Position numbers and translations under genes: made by a program. Source: Anthoceros angustus (lineage: Eukaryota; Plantae; Anthocerotophyta). Taken from it: a stretch of 64,000 nucleotides of DNA. The stretch spans positions 1,426,001 to 1,490,000 of the forward strand of contig MU008161.1 in NCBI GenBank assembly GCA_010909165.1. Reading direction: 5' to 3'. Under the pieces are notes generated by a model that saw only the letters and a list, made by a program, of their open reading frames with translations, made no database searches and was not told the DNA's origin. Each line of letters starts with the position of its first letter. Positions within the stretch are counted from its first letter, which is position 1. Shown piece after piece: positions 24,589 to 34,462 of this stretch.

Positions 24589-25237
24589 TGTTTACGAAGC
24601 ACGTCCTTGTTTAGCAATCACAATTTTTAAATTGCGAAAGGTCCTTGTTTACTAAGACGTTGGAGCCGACGCAGCGATGTATGGCAGCCCTTACTTGATG
24701 TATGGCAGCCCTTACTTGCAATGTATGGCAGCCCTTATTTGCAATGTATGGCAGCACTCACTTGCAATATATGGCAGCCCTCACTTGCAATGTATGGCAG
24801 CCCTCATTTGCAATGTATGGCAGCACTCACTTGCAATGTATGACACCCTCACTTGCAATGTATGGCAGCCCCTCACTTGCAATATATGGCAGCCCTCACT
24901 TTAGGGCAAAGGAAATGATGAGGAGCTTTAGTGGGTGAGGAGTTTTTCCAAGTCCCACATAACCTGCAATGGTATAGCATTCATATGACCATGGGAAGAT
25001 TATAGTCTCTTTCAATTGCGCACCTTGCAGTATTGCATTGAGATGACATTGGGAAGAGTATAGTCTCTTTAAGTTGCGCACCTTGGGAAGAGTATAGTCC
25101 CTTTGAGTTGCACACCTTGGGAAGAGTATAGTCTCTTGCAATGATACGATGTGTAATGTAGGGGAATGAGAACCCCTTGCTGAAGATTTCTTCCCAGGTT
25201 TGTTTTGATTTATTTTAAAAATAATAATTTAAATAGA
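24589..25237 (+). mobile_element. Non-coding LINE-3'-tail (SINE-like or truncated) copy containing an expanded minisatellite
   Basis: From TTGGAGCCGA (24660) onward it aligns with the 3' UTR of the LINE at 26200-26464. It ends in an A-rich tail and is flanked by ATCTGTTCCC(T/A)AT at 24576 and 25238. Confidence 0.7.
24677..24900 (+). repeat. Minisatellite, ~22-bp unit ATGTATGGCAGCCCTCACTTGCA, about 10 copies
   Basis: Directly visible tandem array; the unit is present once in the homologous copy at ~26217. Confidence 0.95.
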
Positions 25238-25630
25238 ATCTGTTCCCAATGCATTATTGAAAATTTGTATCGTCTTGCCACCATCCGTTCCTCTACCATG
25301 GCTTCAAAAGTGTCTCATAGTTTCTAAACGATGGTTGCTAATCTCAAACATGAGTTGCATTGCACCCAAGCAAATGAATTGTAGGCGTGACTAATCAAAT
25401 TGAAAAACTGTGTACCTGCTCCTTATTATGGAAGGAAAGGTGCAGAACATCCATTAGCACCGAGGAGAGGCCCTCAAATCGCAGAATGATCGATCTCAGG
25501 AGGAGAGGCTCTCGCAATTTTCTCACTATGTGCTACTGCGTGTTGGTGGTGAGACCAGGATCGGCTGTTGTCGGGAGAAGCTTCACCTGGCATCGTATGC
25601 CTTAGAACGGCCCCGTCATCTGTTCCCAAT

Positions 25631-26464
25631 CTACAGCAGTTACTCATGTCATTCAGGCTAGAACAGGGGCTCTCATGCTGGCAGACGCCGCTATTCGGTT
25701 TGGGGTGGTGCCTCCGAACACACCCTTGAGCTGCCCTCTCTGCAACGCAGATCAGGGGGGGAAATCTTTAGCACATCTTCTTCTTGAGTGCAACCACGTC
25801 CTTCCGGCGCGGCAGAGGATTATGGGAGGGCTCATTCGCAAAGTCAGGCAATGTTCCCTCGGTTTTCGAGTGGAGGGGCGAGGATAAAGTAGTTGTTCTC
25901 TTAGGGGGTTCTGTGAGAGGGTCCGCGCTTTCTGGCTGGACCTATCCCTTGAAGAAAGGGGACACCCCGGGTTTCGTCCCGGTGGCCCTTTTTCTGGCGG
26001 AGGTATTACCCGCCTTCTGGGCCGCCCTTAAGGGTGACCTGGGATGAATTCGAAATCATCATCTTGGTGGGGCAGGTCCTATTGGAAGGATGCAGATGAC
26101 CTTCCCTGGGGAGTGCACGTTCTTGGGTGAGGGCAACGATCTGTTAGGGGGTGGGGAGACAGGTGGTTTGGGACGGACAGGTTCAAGATGGCGATTTTAT
26201 TGGAGCCGATGCAGCAATGTATGGCAGCCCTTATTCTCGGGCAAAGGTATAGGTGGGGAGTTTTAGTGGGTGAGGGAGTTCTTCCCAAGTCCCACATAAC
26301 CTGCGATGGTATCTAGGCACGTACTCAGATGACCTCGGGAAGAGTAAAGTCTCTTCCTGTTGGGATGATACGATGTGTAACATAGGGGAATTAGAACCCT
26401 TGCTGAAGATTTCTCCCCCGGGGTTGTTTTGATTTATTTTCAAAATACCAAATTAAAAAAAAAA
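25631..26464 (+). mobile_element. 5'-truncated non-LTR retrotransposon (LINE 3' end) with poly(A) and TSD
   Basis: ORF2 C-terminal zinc finger CPLC...SLAHLLLEC (frameshifted), 3' UTR, A-run at ~26455-26465, flanking direct repeat ATCTGTTCCCAAT at 25618 and 26465. Confidence 0.85.
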
Positions 26465-26819
26465 ATCTGTTCCCAATCAGAGGGGAATCAGAACCCTTGC
26501 TGAAGATTTCTCCCCCGAGGTTGTTTTGATTTATTTTTGAAATATCAAATTAAAAAAAATCTGTTCCCAATGCGTTATTGAAAATTTGTACCGTCTTGTC
26601 ACCATTCGTTCCTCTACCATGGCTTCAAAAGTGTCCCATAGTTTCCAAGCGGTAGTTGCTAACCTCAAACATGAGTTGCACTGCACCCGGGGGTTGGAAG
26701 CAAATGAATTGTAGGCGTCGCTAATCAAATTGGTGAGGGTTGTTCTCTACGGTAGTACATCCCTACATAACTTGTCCCAATGTTAAATTAGTCACTAGGT
26801 ATTTGTACCTACACCTTTA

Positions 26820-28054
26820 TTAGCCTCCAATTAGGAAGGCAATGCCATAAGCTGCAGCGCTAGCAACAGCTCCAATGGAGGCTGTTTGGAGGGCACTCCA
26901 CCAAGGCTTGACGCCTGTGAACTTGCCTTTGACGTACCCGAAAATGAGCAACGCAATGATGGTGAATCCCACTGAAACCTGTAACGCCTTATCGACTCTG
27001 GGTATGAGCATGTAGGGGAGGAGAGGAACCAAACCCCCACAGATGTAGGCCAGAGCGATAGTAAAGGCACTCTGCAGAGCCCTTCCAGGATCAGGCTTTT
27101 CCAAACCCAGTTCAAACCTGCATCAAAATAAGCAGCCGTCTGAGTAAGTGATTTCGTCTGATCAAATTTCTTAGAATAAAAGTGTGCTAGCCACGTGCTT
27201 GCAGAGATACTATGCAAACTGATACACAACTGAGCACGACATATCTTCCATGTCAACTGACAAGATATGAAACTCAATGCTATGTCACCGAAAGGAGATA
27301 CCTCATCATAAAATCCAGCCAAGCCTCTGGACGCTTTCGAAGTGCTGCCACCACTGGTCTGTACTCCTCAGCCGTCAAGCCGAAATTTTGCAGTATTTCC
27401 GCAACTTCATCGGCCTCTGCGAAAGCAAAAAGCACAAGTCAGCTTTCTGGAGTGAAGACATTCGACCACAACTCAGCAACATTTATTTTGTCAGGGCAGA
27501 TGCTTCTCACCAACATCTGGCACCGTCACAATTTCCTCTTCTTCTCGTTTGCGTTCGCTATTGTAGTGATCTGCATCACTCTTAGCTGCCAAGTACCTGG
27601 ATTCATGTCCATGTGTCAGTCTAAAGGGCACTGTGACTGATTCGTGTTAAGCACCTTCGTATCTACAGAACTCGGAACAGCTGAATGCGTTGCGCAGGGA
27701 CTGCACAGCGGTAGATCTTCTCTTCAAAGTGAGCGGATCATCAACAAAATTTCAACTTGCGGCATGATCCTTCTCTAGAGTACCATTTTCCATAACAGAA
27801 ACCAATCCGCAGCGTAAGGAAAGAGAGAAGAGAGCACACCCGCCGAGGCCCATGGAAATTGCGCCCGCAGCCACCTCCGCGAGTCCTGCAGTGACAACGA
27901 TCCTGGCGGGAGTGGCAGCTCCCGACAGGCCGGCGGCAAGGGCGAAGGGCACCGTGAGCCCATCCGACATGCCGATCACGATATCCCTCACAACGTCCCC
28001 CGCTGTGAAGTGCTTCTCCACATGGCCTCCCAGAAGAGGCCCGTCGAGAGCCAT
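26820..28054 (-). CDS. VIT1: Vacuolar iron transporter 1 (CCC1/VIT1 family), four coding exons
   Basis: HVEKHFTAGDVVRDIVIGMSDGLTVPFALAAGLSG...AGLAEVAAGAISMGLGG|YLAAKSDADHY...AWLDFMMR|FELGLEKPDPGRALQSAFTIA...GGLVPLLPY. Confidence 0.96.
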
Positions 28055-28617
28055 GGATCTCTCCTACCCCTGCTGTCCGAGAACTGCTTTCTGAGCTGGG
28101 ATTGCGCAGTGCGGGATACTCTGGACAAGAGATGTGCAAACTGCTGAAGGCCTGGCTTGAAGTTCCCAATCCCTGTGCATGGGCAAGCAGATAAATGGCC
28201 GGGGAAGAAGAGGTGTAGCTGCAGTAACGGGTACAGGTACAACTGGACAGGGGCTATAGGGAATCTTCCTTGCGACCAGGCTTTCGCCCACTTGGTCTTC
28301 CCGTTTCGTTCGGCATTCCAGCTCGCAGGGACAAGTTCTGCAGCTTTCGGGGTTCTGTATGGTTTTTTAATCGAACAACTTGGGTGAGTGATCAACACTA
28401 AAGTCCAAACATGAAGCAGCTAGCACCTCTCCTTGCACCTGCCATGCATAATAGGGGAGCATGGAAAGAAGATTCCGGAAGTGAGGCCTTTGGAGGTCGT
28501 GTGGCTGACATACGTAGGGATGGTACCCCATTCTGCAGGTGGGGATCCGGGCATCTACCTCAGACCACTCTCGAATGGCACAGCACACGGTGTCAGGGAT
28601 TCTAGTCTGGTGTGGGG

Positions 28618-30912
28618 ATGGCCTTCACTTGCACAACATCGTCTGTACTTGCCCATGACTTGGACTCCTGGGCATGGGCAGGCACGGAGCTGCTTACCCT
28701 GCTCCGAGGGGACCAGCAGGAAAGTAAGCCCTGTATTCAGACGTACAGGAATCTTTTGCAGGTGTGTATGAAACACAAACGCCTTGCGCAGGCCAAGTTG
28801 GTGCATGCTCACCTGGTTGAACATGGGCTGGAAACCAACAGAGGGGTGTGCGACCTTGTGGTGGCCACGTTGGTCAAATGCGGGGGCCTTGAAGATGGGA
28901 TCCAATTGTTCAACAGGCTGCCGCACCCAAGCATTTTGTCTTGGACAGCCATCATTTCAGGTTATGTCAACAGTGGGCTATGCCGGAATGCTTTGTCACT
29001 CTTTGAGCAGATGAAAAAAGAAGGCGTGCAACCCAACAGGTATACGTTTGTCAGCTTACTGAAAGCCTGCAGCAGGTTGGAAGACCTGGAGCAAGGCAGG
29101 CAGATTCATGCTCATGCTCTCAGACTTGGGTTTGGATCAGATTTGTTTGTTAGCAGCACGTTGGTTAGTATGTATGCCAAGTGTGGGAGCATCAAGGACG
29201 CTCAGCAGGTGTTTGATGCAATGTGTCAGCGTGATGTAGTGTCATGGAATGCAATACTTGGGGCACATGCACAGCAGGAGCAAGGAGCTGAGGCTTTGAA
29301 ATTTTATCGGCGAATGCAAATGGAAGGAATCACGCCCACAGCAAGAACTTTTGTCAGTGCTCTTCAAGCTTGCGGCAGACTTGCGGAAACGGAGGAATGC
29401 ACATTTCTGGATGGGCAGTTTCTGAAGGTGGCATCTCTGCAGAAGGGACGAGAAATACACGCTAGCACCAGAGTTGGGGGTTTTGAGACCGATATCTATA
29501 TTGGGAACACTTTAGTCAGCATGTACGCCAAGTGTGGGAGCATCAAGGATGCGGAACAGGTGTTCGAAAAGCTGTCCCAGCGTGATGTTGTGACATGGAC
29601 TGCCATGATAGCAGGATACGCCCAGCAGGACCGAGGAGACATAGCCTTGGAGCTTTTTGTGAAGATGCAAAATGACAGGGTCAGGCCAAACGCAAGGACC
29701 TTTGTCAGTGCTCTCCAAGCTTGTAGCAGCCTTGCAGGGAAAGAGGAAAGCATAATGGTGGATGGGCAATATGTGAAGGTGAGGGCACTGCAGACGGGCA
29801 GGGAAATCCATGCTGGGGCAAGTTTATGCGGCTTTGAACCAGACCTCTTTGTCGCCAACACTTTGGTTAGCATGTATGCAAAATGCGGGAGCATCAAGGA
29901 TGCGGAACAGGTGTTTGAAAGGCTGTCACACCGTGATGTGGTCTCATGGACAGCTATGATTGCAGGTTATGCGCACCAGGAGCAAGGAGATAAGGCACTG
30001 CAAATCTATGGGCAGATGCAATCAGAAGGTGTGAAGTCGGATGAGTCTACATTTGTGTCAGTGCTAGAAGCATGCAGCTGTGTAGGAGCGCTAGATGTGT
30101 GTGTGCAAGTCCACCATTGTATTGTAGAAAATGGATTGGAGTCCAAAAACTCTGTGGCAACCAGCCTCATTCATGCATATGGCAAATGTGGGAGCATGGT
30201 GGATGCTCAACGAGTCTTTGACTCATTGCTCCAGCCAGACGTGGTGTCCTGGACAGCACTGATTTGTGGGTACGCACGACTGGGTGATGGTGAGATGGCC
30301 ATTGCAAGCTTCGAGGACATGAAGATGGCAGGTGTGAGACCAAACACACTCACGTTCACAGCACTCCTGTCTGCATGTAGTCATGCTGGCATGGTGGACA
30401 GGGGCCTCGCTTACTTCCAGAGCATGACTAGAGATCATGGCATCTTTGCAGAGGTGGATCATTATGCGTGTGTGATCGATCTGGTGGGCCGTGCAGGACT
30501 CTTAAGCAGGGCAGCACAGCTGGTATCGCAAATGCCAATGCCGCCTGATCTGCCAGTGTGGTTGTGTCTGTTGAGTGCTTGTCGAAAGCATTGCAATGTG
30601 GTGCTCGCAAAGCGTGCCTTCGAGGCTGCCATGGATCTGGATCCTTGGCATGCGGCAGCCTACGTGCTCATGTCAAGCATATATGCTAATGCTGGGATGA
30701 GGGAGTCTGCAATTGGGGTTGATCAGTTCGGACAGAGTGCCATTGCAAGCAAGAAGCCCGGCCAGAGCTGGATCGAGCATAAACAACAGATACATACATT
30801 TGCAGTGGGCGACCACAAGCATCAGCAAAACGCCATGATGTTTAATCTGCTCCAATCTATGGGCATCGAACTGGAGAAAGCAGGGTATGGACCGGTGTGC
30901 AAAAGATCGTAG
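28618..30912 (+). CDS. PLS-class pentatricopeptide repeat protein with E1/E2/E+ extension, no DYW domain (organellar RNA-editing factor type)
   Basis: Repeated TLVSMYAKCGSIKDA..VF / DVVSWTAMIAGYA / TFVSALQACS triplets; ALLSACSHAGMVDRG; HYACVIDLVGRAG; PG box KKPGQSWIE...HTFAVGD; stops shortly after KAGYGP. Single long ORF. Confidence 0.95.
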   Translation: MAFTCTTSSVLAHDLDSWAWAGTELLTLLRGDQQESKPCIQTYRNLLQVCMKHKRLAQAKLVHAHLVEHGLETNRGVCDLVVATLVKCGGLEDGIQLFNRLPHPSILSWTAIISGYVNSGLCRNALSLFEQMKKEGVQPNRYTFVSLLKACSRLEDLEQGRQIHAHALRLGFGSDLFVSSTLVSMYAKCGSIKDAQQVFDAMCQRDVVSWNAILGAHAQQEQGAEALKFYRRMQMEGITPTARTFVSALQACGRLAETEECTFLDGQFLKVASLQKGREIHASTRVGGFETDIYIGNTLVSMYAKCGSIKDAEQVFEKLSQRDVVTWTAMIAGYAQQDRGDIALELFVKMQNDRVRPNARTFVSALQACSSLAGKEESIMVDGQYVKVRALQTGREIHAGASLCGFEPDLFVANTLVSMYAKCGSIKDAEQVFERLSHRDVVSWTAMIAGYAHQEQGDKALQIYGQMQSEGVKSDESTFVSVLEACSCVGALDVCVQVHHCIVENGLESKNSVATSLIHAYGKCGSMVDAQRVFDSLLQPDVVSWTALICGYARLGDGEMAIASFEDMKMAGVRPNTLTFTALLSACSHAGMVDRGLAYFQSMTRDHGIFAEVDHYACVIDLVGRAGLLSRAAQLVSQMPMPPDLPVWLCLLSACRKHCNVVLAKRAFEAAMDLDPWHAAAYVLMSSIYANAGMRESAIGVDQFGQSAIASKKPGQSWIEHKQQIHTFAVGDHKHQQNAMMFNLLQSMGIELEKAGYGPVCKRS

Positions 30913-31189
30913 ACGCTGGGTGGGACATGATATCCCTCTAATATCACAGTGTTGTCCCTAGCGATTTGAAAAGCACCTAGATACACTCCAGTTGTCCGGG
31001 AGAAGGGGAAGTAATCGCCAGCGTCTTATTTAGGTCTATTCAATATTTCAACACCGTTATCTAATATTTAGGTAGTCATTTTTTTTCCTTCAAAAAGTGC
31101 AACGCACTGCGGCAGCTGGGGTGCGCTGCGCCTTTTAGTGATAGCCCCCCTTCAAAATCTGGTGAACAAACAGCATTAGAGAACCAGAT

Positions 31190-32262
31190 TTTGCACCTAG
31201 AGCTACCAAAAACCAACCCAGCATCATAAAGCTCCTTGCAACGCTTCTCTACCATATCCTACTCAAGCGGGCTCAATCTGTGATGCCTCCGGAAGATAAG
31301 CTCCTGGGTGGTAGTCACGATCTTGAACTTGATGTGATCGTACCTGCCCAGCTCATTCCAACTCAATGCAAAAGCCCCCCGGTTTCGATCCAGCATCTCC
31401 CTGATCTTGACTTGATCCTCCTCGCTGCATCATCTTGAATTGATGAATCATCTTTATCTATGTCAGCAACCTGCAAAAAGCAGCATTTGCGTCTTTTGCA
31501 AGCAGCAAGCTACACTGTCAGCCCTGTGCTCACAAGCCACCTTATGCAGAACATGTCAAATGCATGCCCTAGCAACTTCTTCTTGTAAGCATCGCTGATT
31601 CCCATGGTCTGTGTGTTACCGACAACAAGCCCTAGTGCCGCCTCTCGCTCTTCTATAAACGGTTCACCTAGCTCATTTCCAGCACGATCTACAATCATGC
31701 CATCACCACCTCGTCTAAAAGCATAAGACTTTGGTGTACTCACCAGTGTTGGCCACGCCCTCCTTGGCTCACCAACCCTATTCACAGGAAAGAAAGCATG
31801 AGCTTGTCCATTTTCTTCACAAACTGCGCCTGTCTTCCCTCCTGCAATATGTCTGCAACATACTCGTCTTTTGGTACTGTTAAGGCCCTATGCTACTTGA
31901 GCACTTCTAGGCTTGCTACGTTTGTCAAGAAACTGCGGATTCTGTGAGCATAACAACCACACTGTACTGCATCAATGATCAATTCCTGCCCCAACCAGCT
32001 TCGGATCTTCTCGTAGTCATCCCTCACAGACTGTCGCTTGTCAAACCCTGCACACACATTCTCAAGTATGTACTAGTACTTTGGGTTGACAATCTGGATC
32101 TCCTTCACGATCGGGCCACTTCAACTGCCAGGGACATTCCATCTCCCTTCCCTTTGCCTGCAGCTGAAAATGACTTACAGTCTCATCCAACTATGACTAT
32201 GTCCACTGGATGCTTGAGAGCTTCAATTTGCCGCTTCTCTACCAACTTGATGTCAACTGGCA
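31190..32262 (-). pseudogene. Degenerate C5 DNA cytosine methyltransferase (motifs III-X) followed by the N-terminus of a Ty3/Gypsy-type reverse transcriptase
   Basis: Minus-strand translation across stops and frameshifts: LPVDIK...VDIVIVG*DCKSFSAAGKGKG (motif IV, ~32145-32206), YILENV (VI, ~32055), DAVQCGCYAHRIRSFLTN (VIII, ~31920-31973), EPFIEEREAALG...KKLLGHAFD (IX/X). Then AFALSWNELGRYDHIKFKI...IFRRHHRLSPLE*DMVEKRCKELYDAGLV. Confidence 0.8.
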
Positions 32263-33002
32263 ACCTATTCTGACAACCAAAAATGGCCTCCTCCAAAATC
32301 ATGGAAATTATTTTCAAATTTTAACGGTTTTTTAAGCACGCTGTTTGAAATTACCCATGCCCTAATATTCATGATTGCAAATTGTACTGGAATCGGAACG
32401 GTGAAGAGAGACATGACACGGCCAAGTTTCTTCCCTATTCTCGAGCTCACTACAGGCCGGGACTATCTTTCTATGGAGGTCATAGCAAATGAAACTCGTG
32501 TTTTGTGTGTTGGACACCATCTTTGTGAACGACCAAGGCTGCATTGTCATCTGAAGTGTCAAAGGTGATGTGTTCTTTCTCATCCTCTTGCGCAAACAAG
32601 CGACATATGGCCTAATGTATGTGAGTCATAATGTGCATGGGTGCACGACAAGTGGTTGTAAGCCTTAGTGTAATGCAGACGCATGCACATCGGCGCTCAC
32701 AGAAAACATATCAAAGGACGTCAGCATGCCGGCGCCCCATGGAGGAGCAATACATATCTAAGTATGGTTTAGGGTGCCGGCTTGCTAATGCCCATACCGA
32801 ACCCCTCCGACATGTTTACAATAGGGTGTCATGGACGGATCAAAAATCGGCCGTGAAGTCATTACTTGTGAAAGAATTTAGAAGTCAAAGGGCGCCGACA
32901 TGCCAGCGCCTTTTGCACAACACAAACTTTGACAGAACAGTGTATAACCCTCGACCTACAGAAGTGCACCGTAACCCGCACGCTCGTCAAAACAAGGCTA
33001 AG

Positions 33003-33026
33003 ACCCTAAACCCTAGGGTTAGGGTT
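33003..33026. repeat. Short inverted telomere-like motif (ACCCTAAACCCTAGGGTTAGGGTT)
   Basis: Plant telomeric CCCTAAA units abutting their reverse complement. Confidence 0.55.
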
Positions 33027-33318
33027 ATACTAATGAAGGCGCCAATATGCTAGCACCCTATGCTCTTATGGAGATAGCCTAATTAGAACAAAGGATTTCC
33101 GCTTGGGTGCCAGCATTCTTGCACCTTGTCACCATCATTTCAAATGATTTGGACACAAAAGTTACATCCCACTCTGATGGATTGCTAAGCACATGAGCGA
33201 GTGCTTTTGAAGTGCCGTGTTTAATGTGAATTAGTGACTGGACAAAAACTACCAAGCGATGATAACTTTCTCAGAACCGGCATTGATTATTCCGCCGGAA
33301 TGAATATTATCGTGTTCA

Positions 33319-33750
33319 CTGCAAAACTGCCTTCAAACCATTGGAAATCCAGAACAGAGCTCAAGCAAGTGGATGCCCTTCGAACCTGCCTACCATTTGA
33401 TCACAGTGTCATCGATCCTCTAATCCTGCGCTTTCAAGACTCCAATCTGTCACAGCGTGTGCTCGAGATACGCCTCTCCTAGCTGCCAAGGCTTCGTCTC
33501 TTTTCGATGCTGATTCTCACGCCATCTTGTATCCCTAAGATGCTCATTCTTGCAGATATTCAGTATGCCACCTCGCCCTTCCGGCTTCGTGGCTTTCACC
33601 CAACTAAGCTCCTACACATCCTCCCACATTTTCTCTCGATGCTCGTTGTGAGCTGAGAAGGCGGACACAGCACCATGAGCGGCCATCATCTTGCTCTTTC
33701 CAAACAGCCTCCGCATGTCCAAAGGTATCCTCGCCACCCTGGCGAAGTCA
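33319..33750 (-). pseudogene. Upstream fragment of the same methyltransferase (motif I) and linker
   Basis: 33380-33319 reads KGIHLLELCSG-(frameshift)-SNGLKAVLQ, resembling the SAM-binding motif I (xxELFxGxxxG) of C5-MTases. Same strand and correct order relative to motifs III-X. Confidence 0.65.
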
Positions 33751-34462
33751 CTGTTCCTTTTATAGAATTATGGTAGAGAGATCGAGCACACACCCACACT
33801 CGTGCACAAAGCTTATGTATTAAGAACAAGAGAAGGGCACGTATGTTCATGTCTTAAAAACGGTTATCATAACTACTACGTAACCCATCTAGGGTTTCAT
33901 AGACAAACTTTGGTATATTTTAATGTAACTCATCATTACCTAAATATCCTCAACACCCCCTCTCATTAGATATACGACTAGCACACTAATTGATAAGCAA
34001 AACCATAAGCGGATAAGGCTAGATATGCCATTCGCCCATCGCTAGGGAATCTTCTAAAAACTCGCTCCAATCTTCAGTGCCACAGCAGGGCTCAAGCTTT
34101 CACAGGTATGGCAGGATCTGCAACTGTTCCGATAGATCTGTAAACGTTGAACGACACGAACTATCTCATCACTGCTTCTGCACAACGAGCAACGAAATTC
34201 TGGGGACACTCAGGGAAAGCAAGCCGAAAGAGGTTTTACTCTTGTCACCTTCTAGTTTTAGAGAGTGAGGAATCATCGTAGTCCTATGTAGTTAGAAAGC
34301 TTACTAAGACTGCTCATAGACTGTTCTAATTAGCTACGAGACTGAGACAATGACTCTAAAACACCTAAAGCCTCTTTAAATTGATAGTGCTTTTGCGTGG
34401 GCAGGGACTTGGTAAGCACATCTACTGCATTTGATTCGGTAGTAATATACTCCAGCTTGACA

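Noticed and set aside
24677-24900. Regular ~22-bp repeats resembling a CRISPR array
   Set aside because: Units are directly adjacent with no unique spacers, no cas genes are present and the context is eukaryotic. It is a minisatellite, and the ORFs over it are artefacts.
14041-28054. A metal-homeostasis cluster linking the peptides with VIT1
   Set aside because: They are separated by unrelated housekeeping genes, and no shared regulatory evidence is visible.
33003-33026. Head-to-head telomere motif as a chromosome fusion scar
   Set aside because: Only ~24 bp, inside a TE insertion, and in the CCCTAAA-then-TTAGGG orientation, which is opposite to an end-to-end fusion.
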